Assembly: GCA_965223155.1 (NCBI GenBank)
Contig: CBDCVR010000013.1
Span: 160,001 to 224,000, forward strand
Reading direction: 5' to 3'
DNA: 64,000 nt
From: Candidatus Multivoradales bacterium
GTDB taxonomy: Bacteria > Acidobacteriota > Thermoanaerobaculia > Multivoradales > JAHEKO01
The position numbers were made by a program, and so were the translations under genes. The notes below the pieces were generated by a model. It did not search any database and was not told the origin of the DNA. It worked only from the letters and a program-made list of their open reading frames with translations. Each line of letters begins with the position of its first letter. The first letter of the stretch is position 1. Shown piece after piece: positions 27,301 through 34,000 of the stretch.

Positions 27301-29836
27301 CCGAGTGACCGCGGCAGACAGCGTGCCCTCGCCCCAGACGGCCAACAACACGACCCCTGCCGGAGGGACGGGGTCCTCTGGAGGCGACGGCTTTGCCTTC
27401 GCCTACGACGCGGCCGAGAACCTCCTGTCCCGCTCGCGCTCGACCGGCCTCGGCACCGAGACCTCGGCCCTGCCGCTCGACGGCTCGGGCCGGAACCGCC
27501 CCGGTGAGGCGGACGGCCAGTCCCTGACCTACGACGCCAACGGGAACCTCGTCCAGAAGGGCAACCAGCGCTTTCACTACGACTACCGGAACCGCATCGC
27601 CCGGGTGAGCGACGCGACCACCGGCGCCACGGTCGCCACCTACCTCTACGACAACTTCAACCGGCGTCTGGCGAAGACCGTCGAGACGGCGGAGGGCCCC
27701 AAGACCACCGAGACCGTCTGGGGCGGCTGGCAGAACCTGGAAGAGTATGTCTCTGCCGCGGGTGGAGGCCAGCGGCTTGCCTCCCGGCGCACCTACGGGA
27801 TGGGCCTCGACGAGATTGTCCGCCAGGAGACGGACGTCGACGGCGACGGCACCCTCGAGACCGTGACCGTGCCGGTCTACGACTCGACCGGCAACCTGGT
27901 GCTTGCGACCGGGCCGGACGGCCGCACCCTGGAGCGCTACGAGTACACCCCGTACGGCGGCCGCACGATCTTTACCGACTTGACCGGTCCGCGCCTCGAA
28001 CAGCTCCGCGCGGTTGGGAGCACAGGCGGCGGCGAGCTCTGGCTCGAGCTCTCCGAGGCGGCGTTACCGGTTCCACTCGAAGCGGCCGCAACCGCGGGTA
28101 CACTTGCCGTCAGCGTGGACGGTACCGTCGAGACCCTGACCGTGAGCCAGCCGGTCCTGACCGGCCGGGAGGCGCGAAGACGCGTGGTGCTGGCGCTCGA
28201 GACGACCCCGGTTGCCGGTGCTGCCATCGAGGTGACGATCCCGGCCGAAGCCCTGGTGGATGAGTCCGGCAACGAGGCCACTACCGACATCACCCAGAGC
28301 TTCACCTGGCCGGGAGCCGGCGCTGGTAGCGCGACCTCGGTCATCCTCGATGACACCGACCCACGCGTGGGCATCGTCTCGACCTACCGGGATGGCAGCC
28401 CGGTTCTGACCGTGCAACTCTCCGAAGAAGCGGACCTGGCGGCTGCCGGTACGGCCATCACGCTTAACGGCGCCCCGACCTCCTGGACCCTGGAAGCCGA
28501 CCGCTACACCCTGACCTCGACCGATAGCCTCCCAGCCGGCACCCACACCCTGGCCGTCTCGACGGCGGCCCTCGACCTCGCCGGCCGCGGCCTCACCGAG
28601 CCCCTGGAGCTCACCTTCTCCGTGACCGCGAATCCGTCCGGCGCCGGCTGCGCCCCAGGCACGATTTGCACCTCCGCCAACACCCCCTTCCTCTACGAAG
28701 GCCCCAAGGCGAACCAGGTCGCGACCTCGACAGTAGGCAACTCCTACAGCTTCCACGGAAGACCGGTGGACCCCGAGACCGGCCTCGTCTACATCCGGAA
28801 CCGCTACTACGACCCGGAGATGGGGCGGTTTATCTCGGACGACCCGCACCTCTACAGCAACGGGCCGAACACCGGGCAGTTTGCGCTCAACAGCCCGTTC
28901 GTTCTGGGCGATGCGATGGGGACGGCAGTCCACGGGTATGCGACGGCGCGGCTAACCCGAGGTCGGGCCCATGCCGGTTACGTGCACTTCGATCCGGTAG
29001 ACCCGACGACATTTGTGCCCCAGGACTCGGCTTCGCAGGGATACGCTCCATTTCGGTCGATGATGGCAGGCGTGATGGCAGGCAAGAGCCGCCTGGTGAC
29101 GTTTGTCCATGGCTACAACGTCGAGGAAGGCGGGCAGAAAGGATTCCGGGACGCCTTGACCCATCTTGACGACGGGTTCACAGGGGCGAAAGTTCCGCAG
29201 GATCTCTACGGCTTCACCTGGAAAGGTGATCCGCTCGGGCGTCCGGCTTCGATGCCGTTTTTCTGGTGGTCGGAAGGCAATGCCGATCTGGCGGGCTATG
29301 CCTTTGGCAGGTACCTGACGCACACGCGCCAGGCCGCGGGGGCCGGTCCGGACCTCTTTGCGATCACGCACAGCTTGGGAGCGCGGGTCGCGCTTCGCGG
29401 GCTGCAATTCCTCTCGACGCTGCGTAAGGGTGCGGGCAATGCGTACTCCCACCAGAACCTGGATGGATTGTTCATGCTGAATGCCGCAGTGACGAGGGGC
29501 TCGATCCTTCCAGGAGGCTTCTTGGAGAGCGCACTGGGGAACGTGAATGCGGTCGGCAACTTCCACAGTCGCAAGGACCCGGTGCTGGCCAGGGCCTTCC
29601 GAATCGCCAAGTTGGGGCGCAGGGCGCTGGGATCGGGTGCGATTAGGGAGGTTTTGCTGCGCGGCGGGGTTACGAACCTCAGAGACTTCGACATGCTGGA
29701 CCCGAACGTCGCGGGTTCGCCAGTGACGACCCATGGCGATCATCTCCACCCTCGGCTGTGGGCGGCCGCGGGGGTGGATCACAGTGAGTTGTTCCGGACG
29801 CTCAAGGGTGCGATGGATGGTGTTTCCAGGAACTAG
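12338..29836 (+). CDS. Giant RHS/YD-repeat polymorphic toxin with signal peptide, Ig-repeat stalk, beta-propeller and C-terminal alpha/beta-hydrolase tip
   Basis: 5832-aa ORF. N-terminal hydrophobic segment ending ASA-E; Ig repeats; DUF6531-like 'TDLAVRSRGLDFAFTRTYRS...GPLGPGWDHGY'; many YD repeats; RHS core signature 'FHGRPVDPETGLVYIRNRYYDPEMGRFISDDP...NSPFVLGDAMG'. Confidence 0.92.
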   Translation: MISFPYRRLGPASATQTWAGWTLRPLVVLAAVGAWLGLCAGGASAEFVLSEPASTVYDEWVALAGDDVRIHQPALVIGDTHANDEIHVLLEATVDGNASAVDGINNDGTITGSVDPAAGLVSLPALTLDEAAARALADRIVEGSVTYGDDQVVDDVLFVDGDVRFRQGLNGRGTVIATGEIRVDQAGQGEAPLEASTALSLVAYQDIRIDKERALRGVLYSLEDIEIEQAVDFEGVLVASGRITIKKDARVTFLTRGGSDTDPPVISILESGAPLLDGALYNRAVVPVIQIDDESSFEATILLDGQPFVSGTSVETEGVHILSVTATDVAGNSAAATVSFEIDLTPPVFVSVTPADGTITNQASVSLTGVVEGADSLAIDGVAVALAGEAFTAGPYSLAEGDNVFALVAADAAGNETELTLTLILDTTPPAVTIASPADGALLGSSPVTVNGTAADPHLDEVRVNGILSVLAGTGYSADGVALAEGSNTLSATATDLAGNSGQAQVTVTLDTSAPVLTITNGGAPLADGYLTASTVVPVIEATDATAVTISATLNGAGFASGTPISASGVYLLAATATDAVGNTSSASVTFEIDGEPPAVTIDTPTASVVASSPVTVSGTAVDSNLATVEVNGVGASVSGSSYSAADVSLVEGSNVVTATATDLVGNVGQATRTIVLDSQAPLISILHAGLPLADGLLTNQPVTPEVAVDDATAVDVSSTLNGSSFVSGTTVTAEGAYTLLVTATDEAGNTASASVTFTLDLTPPVFLSVLPANGTVTGSAGVAITGEVEGADLVAIDGVAASLSGQAFSGAPLTLAEGSNTFLLRAEDTAGNVTEVVHAIELDSTPPAVTIDAPSALVVGTSPVVVSGTAVDVHLAGVSVNGVAAAVGGAGYSLAGVALDEGANTLVVVATDTVGNAGQAEKIVTLDSIPPEIRITDGGAPLSDGLLTNQTVTPVIVVTDATATTTTATLNGTSFASGSPVLAEGGYVLSVTATDEAGNTSSVTLAFEIDLTPPAFLAIQPSDGSLLGTSEVTLTGEVEGAETVTVDGAAASLTGTSFSAGPLALIEGDNVLTLAAEDAAGNRTEQPHHLESDTTPPTLTIATPGDGDVVAATPVPVTGNAEDANLTSVTVNGLAATLGAGTFSRSGVPLTEGANTLEAEAIDAAGNTTSISIGVTLDTVPPEIVILESGTVLADGSLFRRTVTPDVEVTDATATTVEATLNGQPFGAGDEVAREGVFQLDVTAIDAAGNTSTVAVGFEIDLTPPRFLSFDPPAGSVVGASPVAIQGVVEGATSLVLDGAAVPLSGESFTTAALDLVEGSNTFAFVAADYAGNTAEETLTLILDTTPPVVSIEAPDAGALLGSSAVDVSGTVQEERLAAVTVNGIGTALAGDAFTALQVPLAEGQNTLTAVGTDAAGNTGSAAIVVTVDTQPPVIQITDPAAGTVTAADLVLVSGTAADPHLDRVEINGVPALLTGTDWTLEVAIVEGANELVARAFDALGHSAQDSLIVTRDSTAPAVEIEFPEEGALFRESPQPVSGSVDDEPGLTLTINGLAVEPVGGAFAAPEVPLIEGENRLIARATDAAGNEGVHARVVYLDTVPPELESSDPASGALAIAPETPFRLDFTEELAPLASVPAGELLLRSEGAALAFSIDELGGRLVVRPDLPLASGSTVELEVTSALTDLAGNPLANPQTLTFTVADVAAPPAPVVDPLPLVVCSSSATLTGVSEAGIRILAETAAETRETVADETGLFSLTITLVPDAGNLITVSARDAAGNRSGSVQVSVRQDCRAPVVVAARRLADEFHADLSEPIDPATAEGAVTLTAGSGALAGTTATSGDGLTLTFTPAAAVPAEPVRLEVSQAVQDLAGNPLAYPFSKLFGGSEEPTFVTGTVIDDATGRPLEGAQVTIVATDGVAGADPLPQQTTSPDGRFSIPLPVGTHTVLTARAGYTPVFRAATTVSGLGHDLFDPRPTPAAAPQVLGAGGGTFAGGDGLSMSVPAGALTGDAEVRVTALSEQGVPALLPYGWTPRGAAWVDFGGVVPVAPATVTLPVESADGVLLAVAALDAATLQWRTLRLEAVADGAVQFAVTGDGGFAAVEADAGSLAPPPAEPGLVLGSAAAPVATDVAGAALAFSPEIVLPAQTSLATTVYTLDAEVPSGLPLTLFVREELELLDGSSRVEAPYEADLVVYRDPQGGARSRFRLRPSRAARTLPIQLGHDDVSVRLFAGETVRGNVLGPAGGVVTNDEGDTVSVPAGAFDEPTAVVLSRAAAEALPLPLPVPGTVHGILELDLAGAVLPATADLSFATDPAPAAGSTALLLQAIDLEAFGALTQSSAFRAVAELEATAGGWATRAIDPADLDWPGVRSGGLYLAYSPPGDGGYFRGTVYDVGGGNIVADALVSGAGLDWVQLSGPAGSYVLPAPVLAEPETLEVAAEDLGTGSRVALPAAIRAAAERVDLDLTLAVVAPAVLAIAPADGTTGVPAGIEPTVSFSEPVDPASLAAGIRLLEGGTPVDLSFAVEGSLVRVLPAATLMPGTGYELQVGTAVTDLQGFPLVAPASASFTTLEVLVNEDVDLTRILLIEPDAAGMARVVAGPGAVPAGALVFVENTTALVDTPSLEAATDGSFETEIQAELTDRLLLHVLIEGSNELILWLTPFRTSDLKGAYVGPEAVRYVTGDGIIVTVEEGTFDEPAEVRVEPVPVENATAPAPRDFAIVAGLHVDFGGARAKKGLRVSLPAPEDAPDAIYLLSRVIRIFEGKRWQMDDIVRLEDGRLTTEDPPEEGEQQASGLGDAATRMAARTGPPIGSPAAARPTYAQPPRYFDLMIRPASHEPDPPIPHEALPGMWSPSTGRDYFINLPSAALDFTLVPTFGAVSFSILPDWDYAAMIAGGVRGLVEGMLAIPHRRGEPFQMEVRDLATGYLLFSDTFDSPPDPGELQELQPDLTLGDSKAPSVVSASSPIALVPLSVGQPDGLVRPGIQVESGSADPSAPVGSQKLTVTGAPGAAQAEVRVRLVRLGGGEAALTTTGGDGSFALSVTGQVGEGFILAIGATVLNDASFEIEFTEAMSDDLSAIRVLGAGDVDAAAKVDPVGTRERVQVRPSTGWRAGERYKLVLGPGLADTAGNAWNTTVEVDFAVEQARQLGGYQHDWVQSTARVGNLLFLAGGDLTIVDASDPAQLVDYIPGGHPLRTPGLTRGIAVDPHRRLVIASGGDGLRVGFLHIIDPLEIDPARDGADPQGFSTAVRGTPRVYHPAVKGGTVVSNSSGLFSSVPDGQPRRLDILSNDDVDEWVLGEQAPAGVTVSFDPAADGTGTATIVGLGGSPGLPVTLEDVQFGRWDRVDAGLDGSFTLAVSARSGSLLRLLKNRQSIAYVAISGGGVGVVDVNGFYNEDPENDNNDSQLLNTFDGRGAGITFCNEIAPDTTRASNVVVMSEPDNHVPLAIPSSITSHGVMILSAPPSAPSAVQPLARTICGGDGDGLLDRIAVGLEALIDFPFDLNGNGRFDPAEKERDYLVVGHLRGKVTVWDVTERSAPAQVASFSIPGGAIQVAVDRASRRIYAAGYGGGVWVFDLGLAPVNGLVDADGDGLDDRILEQIEGDGNTKNVLLLPDLGLIYMSGLGRDARGATVSRPLLAAVAADGAGGFRRIERLAPYGVPTVEDGVAPDLVERTGTFRLLATFPNYPADELKLDVTSLGPGGVPIAGAGDPEAVAGLPAVALAGDDGVVLTRQSANPIEEAYNVFLSEEIKVVADLRAARDYQLTDVEREICTRCEPEAEGEVSDTARELLSGHRVAVRIPDTVRAALSAIYSDARLDASELELASVPWELSPAARQEPTLNPSYGRGEAAPGTLLHSGEVSHAVTDLAVRSRGLDFAFTRTYRSQTVGSGPLGPGWDHGYRKRLRELPNGDVEYFDGRGRRELFTRNAAGDGDGASEFDPAPGRFAELKRTATGWLLIDARRNIATFDRFGRLEKLADPAKESETTGNEMAFEYDAASNLIRIVDTLGREYLFDYDAAGRLISITDFDGREVRYEYDGPTGSTGSGARLIRVSSPEISVGEAPLGRLVTECVYESPAGGGLAVNLNARDNMTALIDARGTSWLEHSYQDEDGDGRSDEVAGQIWGGESLSLDYAFASAGSSAGTVTTVTDRRGNPSTTTHDADGHATSHTDQASHTWTTEYDSEGLVTLEAQPLGRTTEYLYDTDTGLRSRGNAVRITVTPDGRGANGATPSLVTTVEYDLPTNQPVEIVDPRGSVTEITRALTGLPSRVTRASGATEASTTEYAYNDYGQVTRATNPNGNVTEYSYFASGPSLGYLQQTVTAPGVLDLATRYTTDARGNVTAVTDPRGVRHTTVYNELDWRVASTQAASGASSTPALGYTSSYLYDANGNLVTERQPFGETGSAATETRYTYGALSELVTTTREIEAGGAVTVERRAYDANYNLESVIHPEGNETRNVYGPRNLLLSTTRGFGSPEAVVDSYVYNADRERTAYTNGRLQSFATEYDGYGRVARVVDPLGNATVSKYDANGNVVESEHYDPAGTLLAESAGEYDLLNRKTASLEALFDAGDPTTEGILRSETVYDAASNVRQTTDALGRTTVSRYDEAERLVETIDPAGNRLVRTLDANGNATLTESVETTPDGGTVTVPYQTAYDALNRPVSRTDALGNVTRTAYDARSNAIRQTDAEGHVTASFYDGLDRRIRAVRPEGISIESAFDGNSRLTRYRDARGNETSWTYDALDRKATTTYPDQTSESYAYDGAGNVTQVADANGSTVTQTYDAANRLTARSVAAGPGIEGITTETYGYDGLSRVVTSESPAAVTSFAYDSLSRMTSESRAVGGGSGSTAKIVSYAHDRVGSVTRATYPSGHEAARTFDPLDRPLGVQAGTAGAGSQAVSYGYRGPDLVQTKALGNGVAGEMAFDGAKRVVGTSYSRPGSSGSSGSSGGSGTAFSETIAWSPRHLKVETTRADLGGRGLLLAYDGAGRVTAADSVPSPQTANNTTPAGGTGSSGGDGFAFAYDAAENLLSRSRSTGLGTETSALPLDGSGRNRPGEADGQSLTYDANGNLVQKGNQRFHYDYRNRIARVSDATTGATVATYLYDNFNRRLAKTVETAEGPKTTETVWGGWQNLEEYVSAAGGGQRLASRRTYGMGLDEIVRQETDVDGDGTLETVTVPVYDSTGNLVLATGPDGRTLERYEYTPYGGRTIFTDLTGPRLEQLRAVGSTGGGELWLELSEAALPVPLEAAATAGTLAVSVDGTVETLTVSQPVLTGREARRRVVLALETTPVAGAAIEVTIPAEALVDESGNEATTDITQSFTWPGAGAGSATSVILDDTDPRVGIVSTYRDGSPVLTVQLSEEADLAAAGTAITLNGAPTSWTLEADRYTLTSTDSLPAGTHTLAVSTAALDLAGRGLTEPLELTFSVTANPSGAGCAPGTICTSANTPFLYEGPKANQVATSTVGNSYSFHGRPVDPETGLVYIRNRYYDPEMGRFISDDPHLYSNGPNTGQFALNSPFVLGDAMGTAVHGYATARLTRGRAHAGYVHFDPVDPTTFVPQDSASQGYAPFRSMMAGVMAGKSRLVTFVHGYNVEEGGQKGFRDALTHLDDGFTGAKVPQDLYGFTWKGDPLGRPASMPFFWWSEGNADLAGYAFGRYLTHTRQAAGAGPDLFAITHSLGARVALRGLQFLSTLRKGAGNAYSHQNLDGLFMLNAAVTRGSILPGGFLESALGNVNAVGNFHSRKDPVLARAFRIAKLGRRALGSGAIREVLLRGGVTNLRDFDMLDPNVAGSPVTTHGDHLHPRLWAAAGVDHSELFRTLKGAMDGVSRN
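13115..17131 (+). repeat. Array of 16 bacterial Ig-like domains (~83-85 aa each) inside the RHS gene
   Basis: Units begin with D(T/L/S)xxP every ~250 bp (13115, 13364, 13613, 13868 ... 16877) and mostly end in 'A.D.AGN'. Confidence 0.85.
28925..29836 (+). other. RHS C-terminal toxin domain: alpha/beta hydrolase (DUF900/DUF726-like, putative lipase/esterase)
   Basis: Follows the DAMG-T boundary. Motifs FVHGYN (oxyanion region), THSLG (nucleophile elbow), HSRKDPVL (Asp) and THGDH (His). Confidence 0.75.
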
Positions 29837-29851
29837 GCAGGGTTAGGGTCG

Positions 29852-31015
29852 ATGAGGATACGTTTTGTAGCGTTACTCTTTGTGGTTGGAGGATGTACTT
29901 CAGTGGCCATGGGTTCCGACCCGTACGGTCCATCTGCTGTGAACTACCTGGATGTCTCGAGTGACGGGAAGTACGTTGCCGGGGTTCGGCAGGACGGGGA
30001 GATTCTAGTCGTCGACCTAGCGAAACGAAAGGTCGTGGAGCGTCTCGTCCGCGGGCACATGCCGGGTTTCCCTGGTCCGCCGAAGGCAAGCTTTGTAGCG
30101 TTTCGCGGAGAGGGGGGGCGGTTCCTATGGGACTGCCGGAATGGGAGTGTCTGCGAGACGGACCTTGAGACCGGCAAGCAGGAATTTCTGGTCGACCATG
30201 ACCCCCAAGATACTGTCAGGGTGGCTGCGGTTTCAGCAGATGGGAAACGGATGGTTTTTGGTACTGCCGGTGGGAGGCTATTTAGCTACGATGCGGTAAC
30301 GAAACGGCAAAGCACACTCAAGCCCAGAGACATCTGGAGCCGAGTAGTGTCTCCTATGTACACCCTTGAGAGTAATAGCGAGCTTCAGTTTCTGGTCTCA
30401 GCAACGGCTCGGATAGGCGCATCGGTGCGTTACGAGACCGATGCCCGTACGAAGCACTATCCCGAGGGATATATCGATGTTCCCAACTATGGGATGGCGG
30501 ACAGCTGGGTCCGCGACGTCCTCTACCGCGGCATCAACATCTGGGACTGGGAGACTGGCGAGCGATTCATGATCGACGACGACTTCTCGGACAAGATTCG
30601 GGCGGACTGGTCCCGGGACGGTCGGCTGGTGGCGATTAACCAACAGGGAGGTAGCTCCTACTTCGTATACGAGGTTGGCGAAGATGGGGTGCGATGGGTT
30701 ACCGATCTTTCGAAGGCTGGCGCTCGTGGTTGTGATGGTATGCGGTTCCTGGATGTTGAGGGGCGGTACCTAGGCGTAGTTAGCTACGGCCACCGATTCA
30801 TGGAGGTTATTGATCGAGCCACTGTCGATGTGAACCAGTACGCTCAGGGGACGGATCTGAAGCTTCGTGAAAAGCCCGCCGGCGGCCGCCGGATGATGGT
30901 CGCTTACCCGGAGAAGGGCTGGGTCTTCCTCGGGCTTCGAAACGGTGGGATCGACTGGTACCAGTTCCAGTCGGAACCCAAGCTCTCGCTTCGGCACATC
31001 GCGACTCTCCGGTAA
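29852..31015 (+). CDS. Putative immunity protein 1: exported WD40-like beta-propeller lipoprotein
   Basis: Starts 15 bp after the toxin stop. Signal/lipobox-like MRIRFVALLFVVGGC. WD40-like blades (LDVSSDGKYVA, AAVSADGKRMVFG, ADWSRDGRLVA). Visibly lower GC than the RHS core. Confidence 0.7.
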   Translation: MRIRFVALLFVVGGCTSVAMGSDPYGPSAVNYLDVSSDGKYVAGVRQDGEILVVDLAKRKVVERLVRGHMPGFPGPPKASFVAFRGEGGRFLWDCRNGSVCETDLETGKQEFLVDHDPQDTVRVAAVSADGKRMVFGTAGGRLFSYDAVTKRQSTLKPRDIWSRVVSPMYTLESNSELQFLVSATARIGASVRYETDARTKHYPEGYIDVPNYGMADSWVRDVLYRGINIWDWETGERFMIDDDFSDKIRADWSRDGRLVAINQQGGSSYFVYEVGEDGVRWVTDLSKAGARGCDGMRFLDVEGRYLGVVSYGHRFMEVIDRATVDVNQYAQGTDLKLREKPAGGRRMMVAYPEKGWVFLGLRNGGIDWYQFQSEPKLSLRHIATLR

Positions 31016-31022
31016 CAATCTC

Positions 31023-34000
31023 GGCCTGTCCCGGGTGGTGACGTCCGAGTCTCCGGCGGCGGTGACGAGCTTTGCGTACGACTCGCTGTCGCGGATGACC
31101 TCGGAGTCGCACGCGGTCGGCGGCGGCTCCGGCTCGACCGCCAAGATCGTCTCCTACGCCCACGACCGGGTGGGTAGTGTCACGCGGGTGGGCTATCCGT
31201 CGGCCCACGAGGCGGCCCGGAGCTTCGATCCGCTGGACCGTCCGCAGGCGGTCCAGGCGGGAGCGGCTGGAGCGGGGAGCCAGGCGGTGGCCTACGGCTA
31301 CCGGGGTCCGGATCTGCTCCAGACCAAGGCCCTGGGCAACGGCGTTGCGGGCGAGATGGCCTTCGACGGGGCGAAGCGAGCGGTGGGCACCTCGTACAGC
31401 CGGCCTGGCTCCAGTGGTTCGAGTGGCTCCAGCGGCGGCTCCGGTACGGCCTTCTCGGAGACGATCGCCTGGAGCCCGCGGCATCTCAAGGTCGAGACCA
31501 CGCGGGCGGACCTGGGCGGGCGGGGGCTCCTCCTGGCCTACGACGGGGCGGGCCGGGTGACCGCGGCAGACAGCGTGCCCTCGCCCCAGACGGCCAACAA
31601 CACGACCCCTGCCGGAGGGACGGGATCCTCTGGAGGCGAGGGCTTCGCCTTCGCCTACGACGCCGCCGAGAACCTGCTGTCCCGCTCGCGCTCGACCGGC
31701 CTCGGCACCGAGACCTCGTCGCTGCCGCTCGATGGCTCGGGCAGGAACCGTCCGGGCGAAGTGGCTGGCACAGCCTTGACCTACGACGCCAACGGCAACC
31801 TCGTCCAGAAGGGCAACCAGCGCTTCCACTACGACTACCGGAACCGCCTGGCCCGGGTGAGCGACGCGGCCACCGGCGCCACGGTCGCCACCTACCTCTA
31901 TGACAACTTCAACCGGCGCCTGGCGAAGACCGTCGAGACGCAGGCCGGTCCCGAGACGACCGAGACCGTCTGGGGCGGCTGGCAGAACCTGGAAGAGTAC
32001 GTCTCGGACGGCAGCGGGAGCACTGGCTCAGCGACCAGGCTCGCCTCCCGGCGCACCTACGGTCTGGGCTTGGATGAGATCGTCCGCCAGGAGACCGATG
32101 TCGACGGCGACGGCACCCTCGAGACGGTGACCGTGCCGGTCTACGACTCGACCGGCAACCTGGTGCTTGCGACCGGCCCGGACGGGCGCACCCTCGAGCG
32201 CTACGAGTACACCCCGTACGGCGGCCGGACGACCTTCACCGACTTGACCGGTCCGCGCCTCGAACAGCTCCGCGCGGTCGAGGGCCCTGGCGGGAGCACA
32301 GGCGGCGGCGAGCTCTGGCTCGAGCTCTCGGAGGCGGCGTTACCGGTTCCACTCGAAGCGGCCGCAACCGCGGATACACTTACCGTCAGCGTGGATGGAG
32401 CAGTCGAGACCCTGACGGTGAGCCAGCCGGTCCTGACCGGCCGGGAGGCCCGGCGCCGCGTGGTGCTGGCGCTCGGCACGACCCCGGCGGCCGGTGCCGC
32501 CGTCGAGCTGACGATCCCGGGCTCCGCCCTGGTGGACGAGTCCGGCAACGAGGCGAGCGCCGACATCACCCAGAGCTTCACCTGGCCGGGAGCCGGTTCC
32601 GGTAGCTCGGGTAGCTCTGGCTCCGTCGTCTTCGACGACACCGACCCGCGCGTGGGCCTCGTCTCGACCTACCGGGACGGCAACCCGGTCCTGACCGTCC
32701 AGCTCTCCGAAGAGGCGGACCTGGCTGCTGCGGCCACCGCCATCACCCTCGACGGCGCTCCGACCTCCTGGACCCTCGAGCCCGACCGCTACACCCTGAG
32801 CAGCACAGCCAGCCTCCCGGCCGGCACCCACACCCTGGCAGTCTCGACCACCCCCCTCGACCTCGCCGGCCGCGGCCTCACCGAGCCCTTGGAGCTGACC
32901 TTCTCCGTGACCGCGAATCCGTCCGGCGCCGGCTGCGCCCCAGGCACCCTCTGCGGCTCCGCCAACACACCCTTCCTCTACGAAGGCCCCAAGGCGAACC
33001 AGGTCACGACCTCGACGGTAGGGAACGCCCACGGCTTCCACGGCCGGCCCGTCGATCCTGAGACGGGGTTGGTCTTCGTTCGGAATCGTTTCTATGACCC
33101 GGAGATGGGGCGGTTTATTTCGGACGACCCGCACCTCTACAGCGACGGACCGAACACCGGGCAGTTTGCGCTCAACAGCCCCTTCGTCCTGGGCGACTCG
33201 ATGGGGACGGCAGTCCACGGGTATGCGACGGCGCGGCTAACCCGAGGTCAGGCCCATGCCGGTTACGTGCACTTCGATCCGGTGAACCCGACGACGTTCG
33301 TGCCCCAGGACTCGGCTTCCCGGGGGTACGCTCCGTTTCGGTCGATGATGGCAGGCGTGATGGCAGGCAAGAGCCGTCTGGTGACGTTTGTCCATGGCTA
33401 CAACGTCGAGGAAGGTGGGCAGAAGGGATTCCGGGACGCCTTGACCCATCTCGACGACGGGTTTTCCGGGGCGGGAGTCCCACAGGACCTCTACGGTTTT
33501 ACCTGGAAGGGAGATCCGCTCGGGCGTCCGGCTTCGATGCCGTTCTTCTGGTGGTCGGAAGGCAACGCCGATCTCGCGGGCTATGCCTTCGGCCGCTACT
33601 TGATGCACACGCGCCAGGCTGCGGGCGCGGGACCGGACCTCTTTGCGATCACGCACAGCCTGGGGGCGCGAGTCGCGCTTCGCGGGTTGCAATTTCTCTC
33701 GACGCTGCGTAAGGGTGCGGACAATGCGGGCTCCCACCAGAACCTGGATGGATTGTTCATGCTGAATGCCGCAGTGACGAGGGGCTCGATCCTTCCAGGA
33801 GGCTTCTTGGAGAGCGCACTGGGGAACGTGAATGCGGTCGGCAACTTCCACAGCAAGAAGGACCCGGTGCTGGCCAGGGCCTTCCGGATCGCCAAGTTGG
33901 GGCGCAGGGCGCTGGGATCGGGCGCGATTAGGGAGGTTTTGCTGCGCGGCGGGGTTACGAACCTCAGAGACTTCGACATGCTGGACCCGAATGTCGCGGG

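Noticed and set aside
12338-29836. Assignment as a T6SS Rhs effector or TcC toxin
   Set aside because: No PAAR/VgrG/prePAAR or SpvB-type region recognised; the N-terminus looks like a Sec signal peptide.
30945-31022. GTG start giving a 1059-aa ORF overlapping immunity 1
   Set aside because: It lies in an alternate frame of the immunity gene with no RBS. The same sequence in immunity 2 (35217) gives only a short ORF, and RHS homology begins at ~31023.
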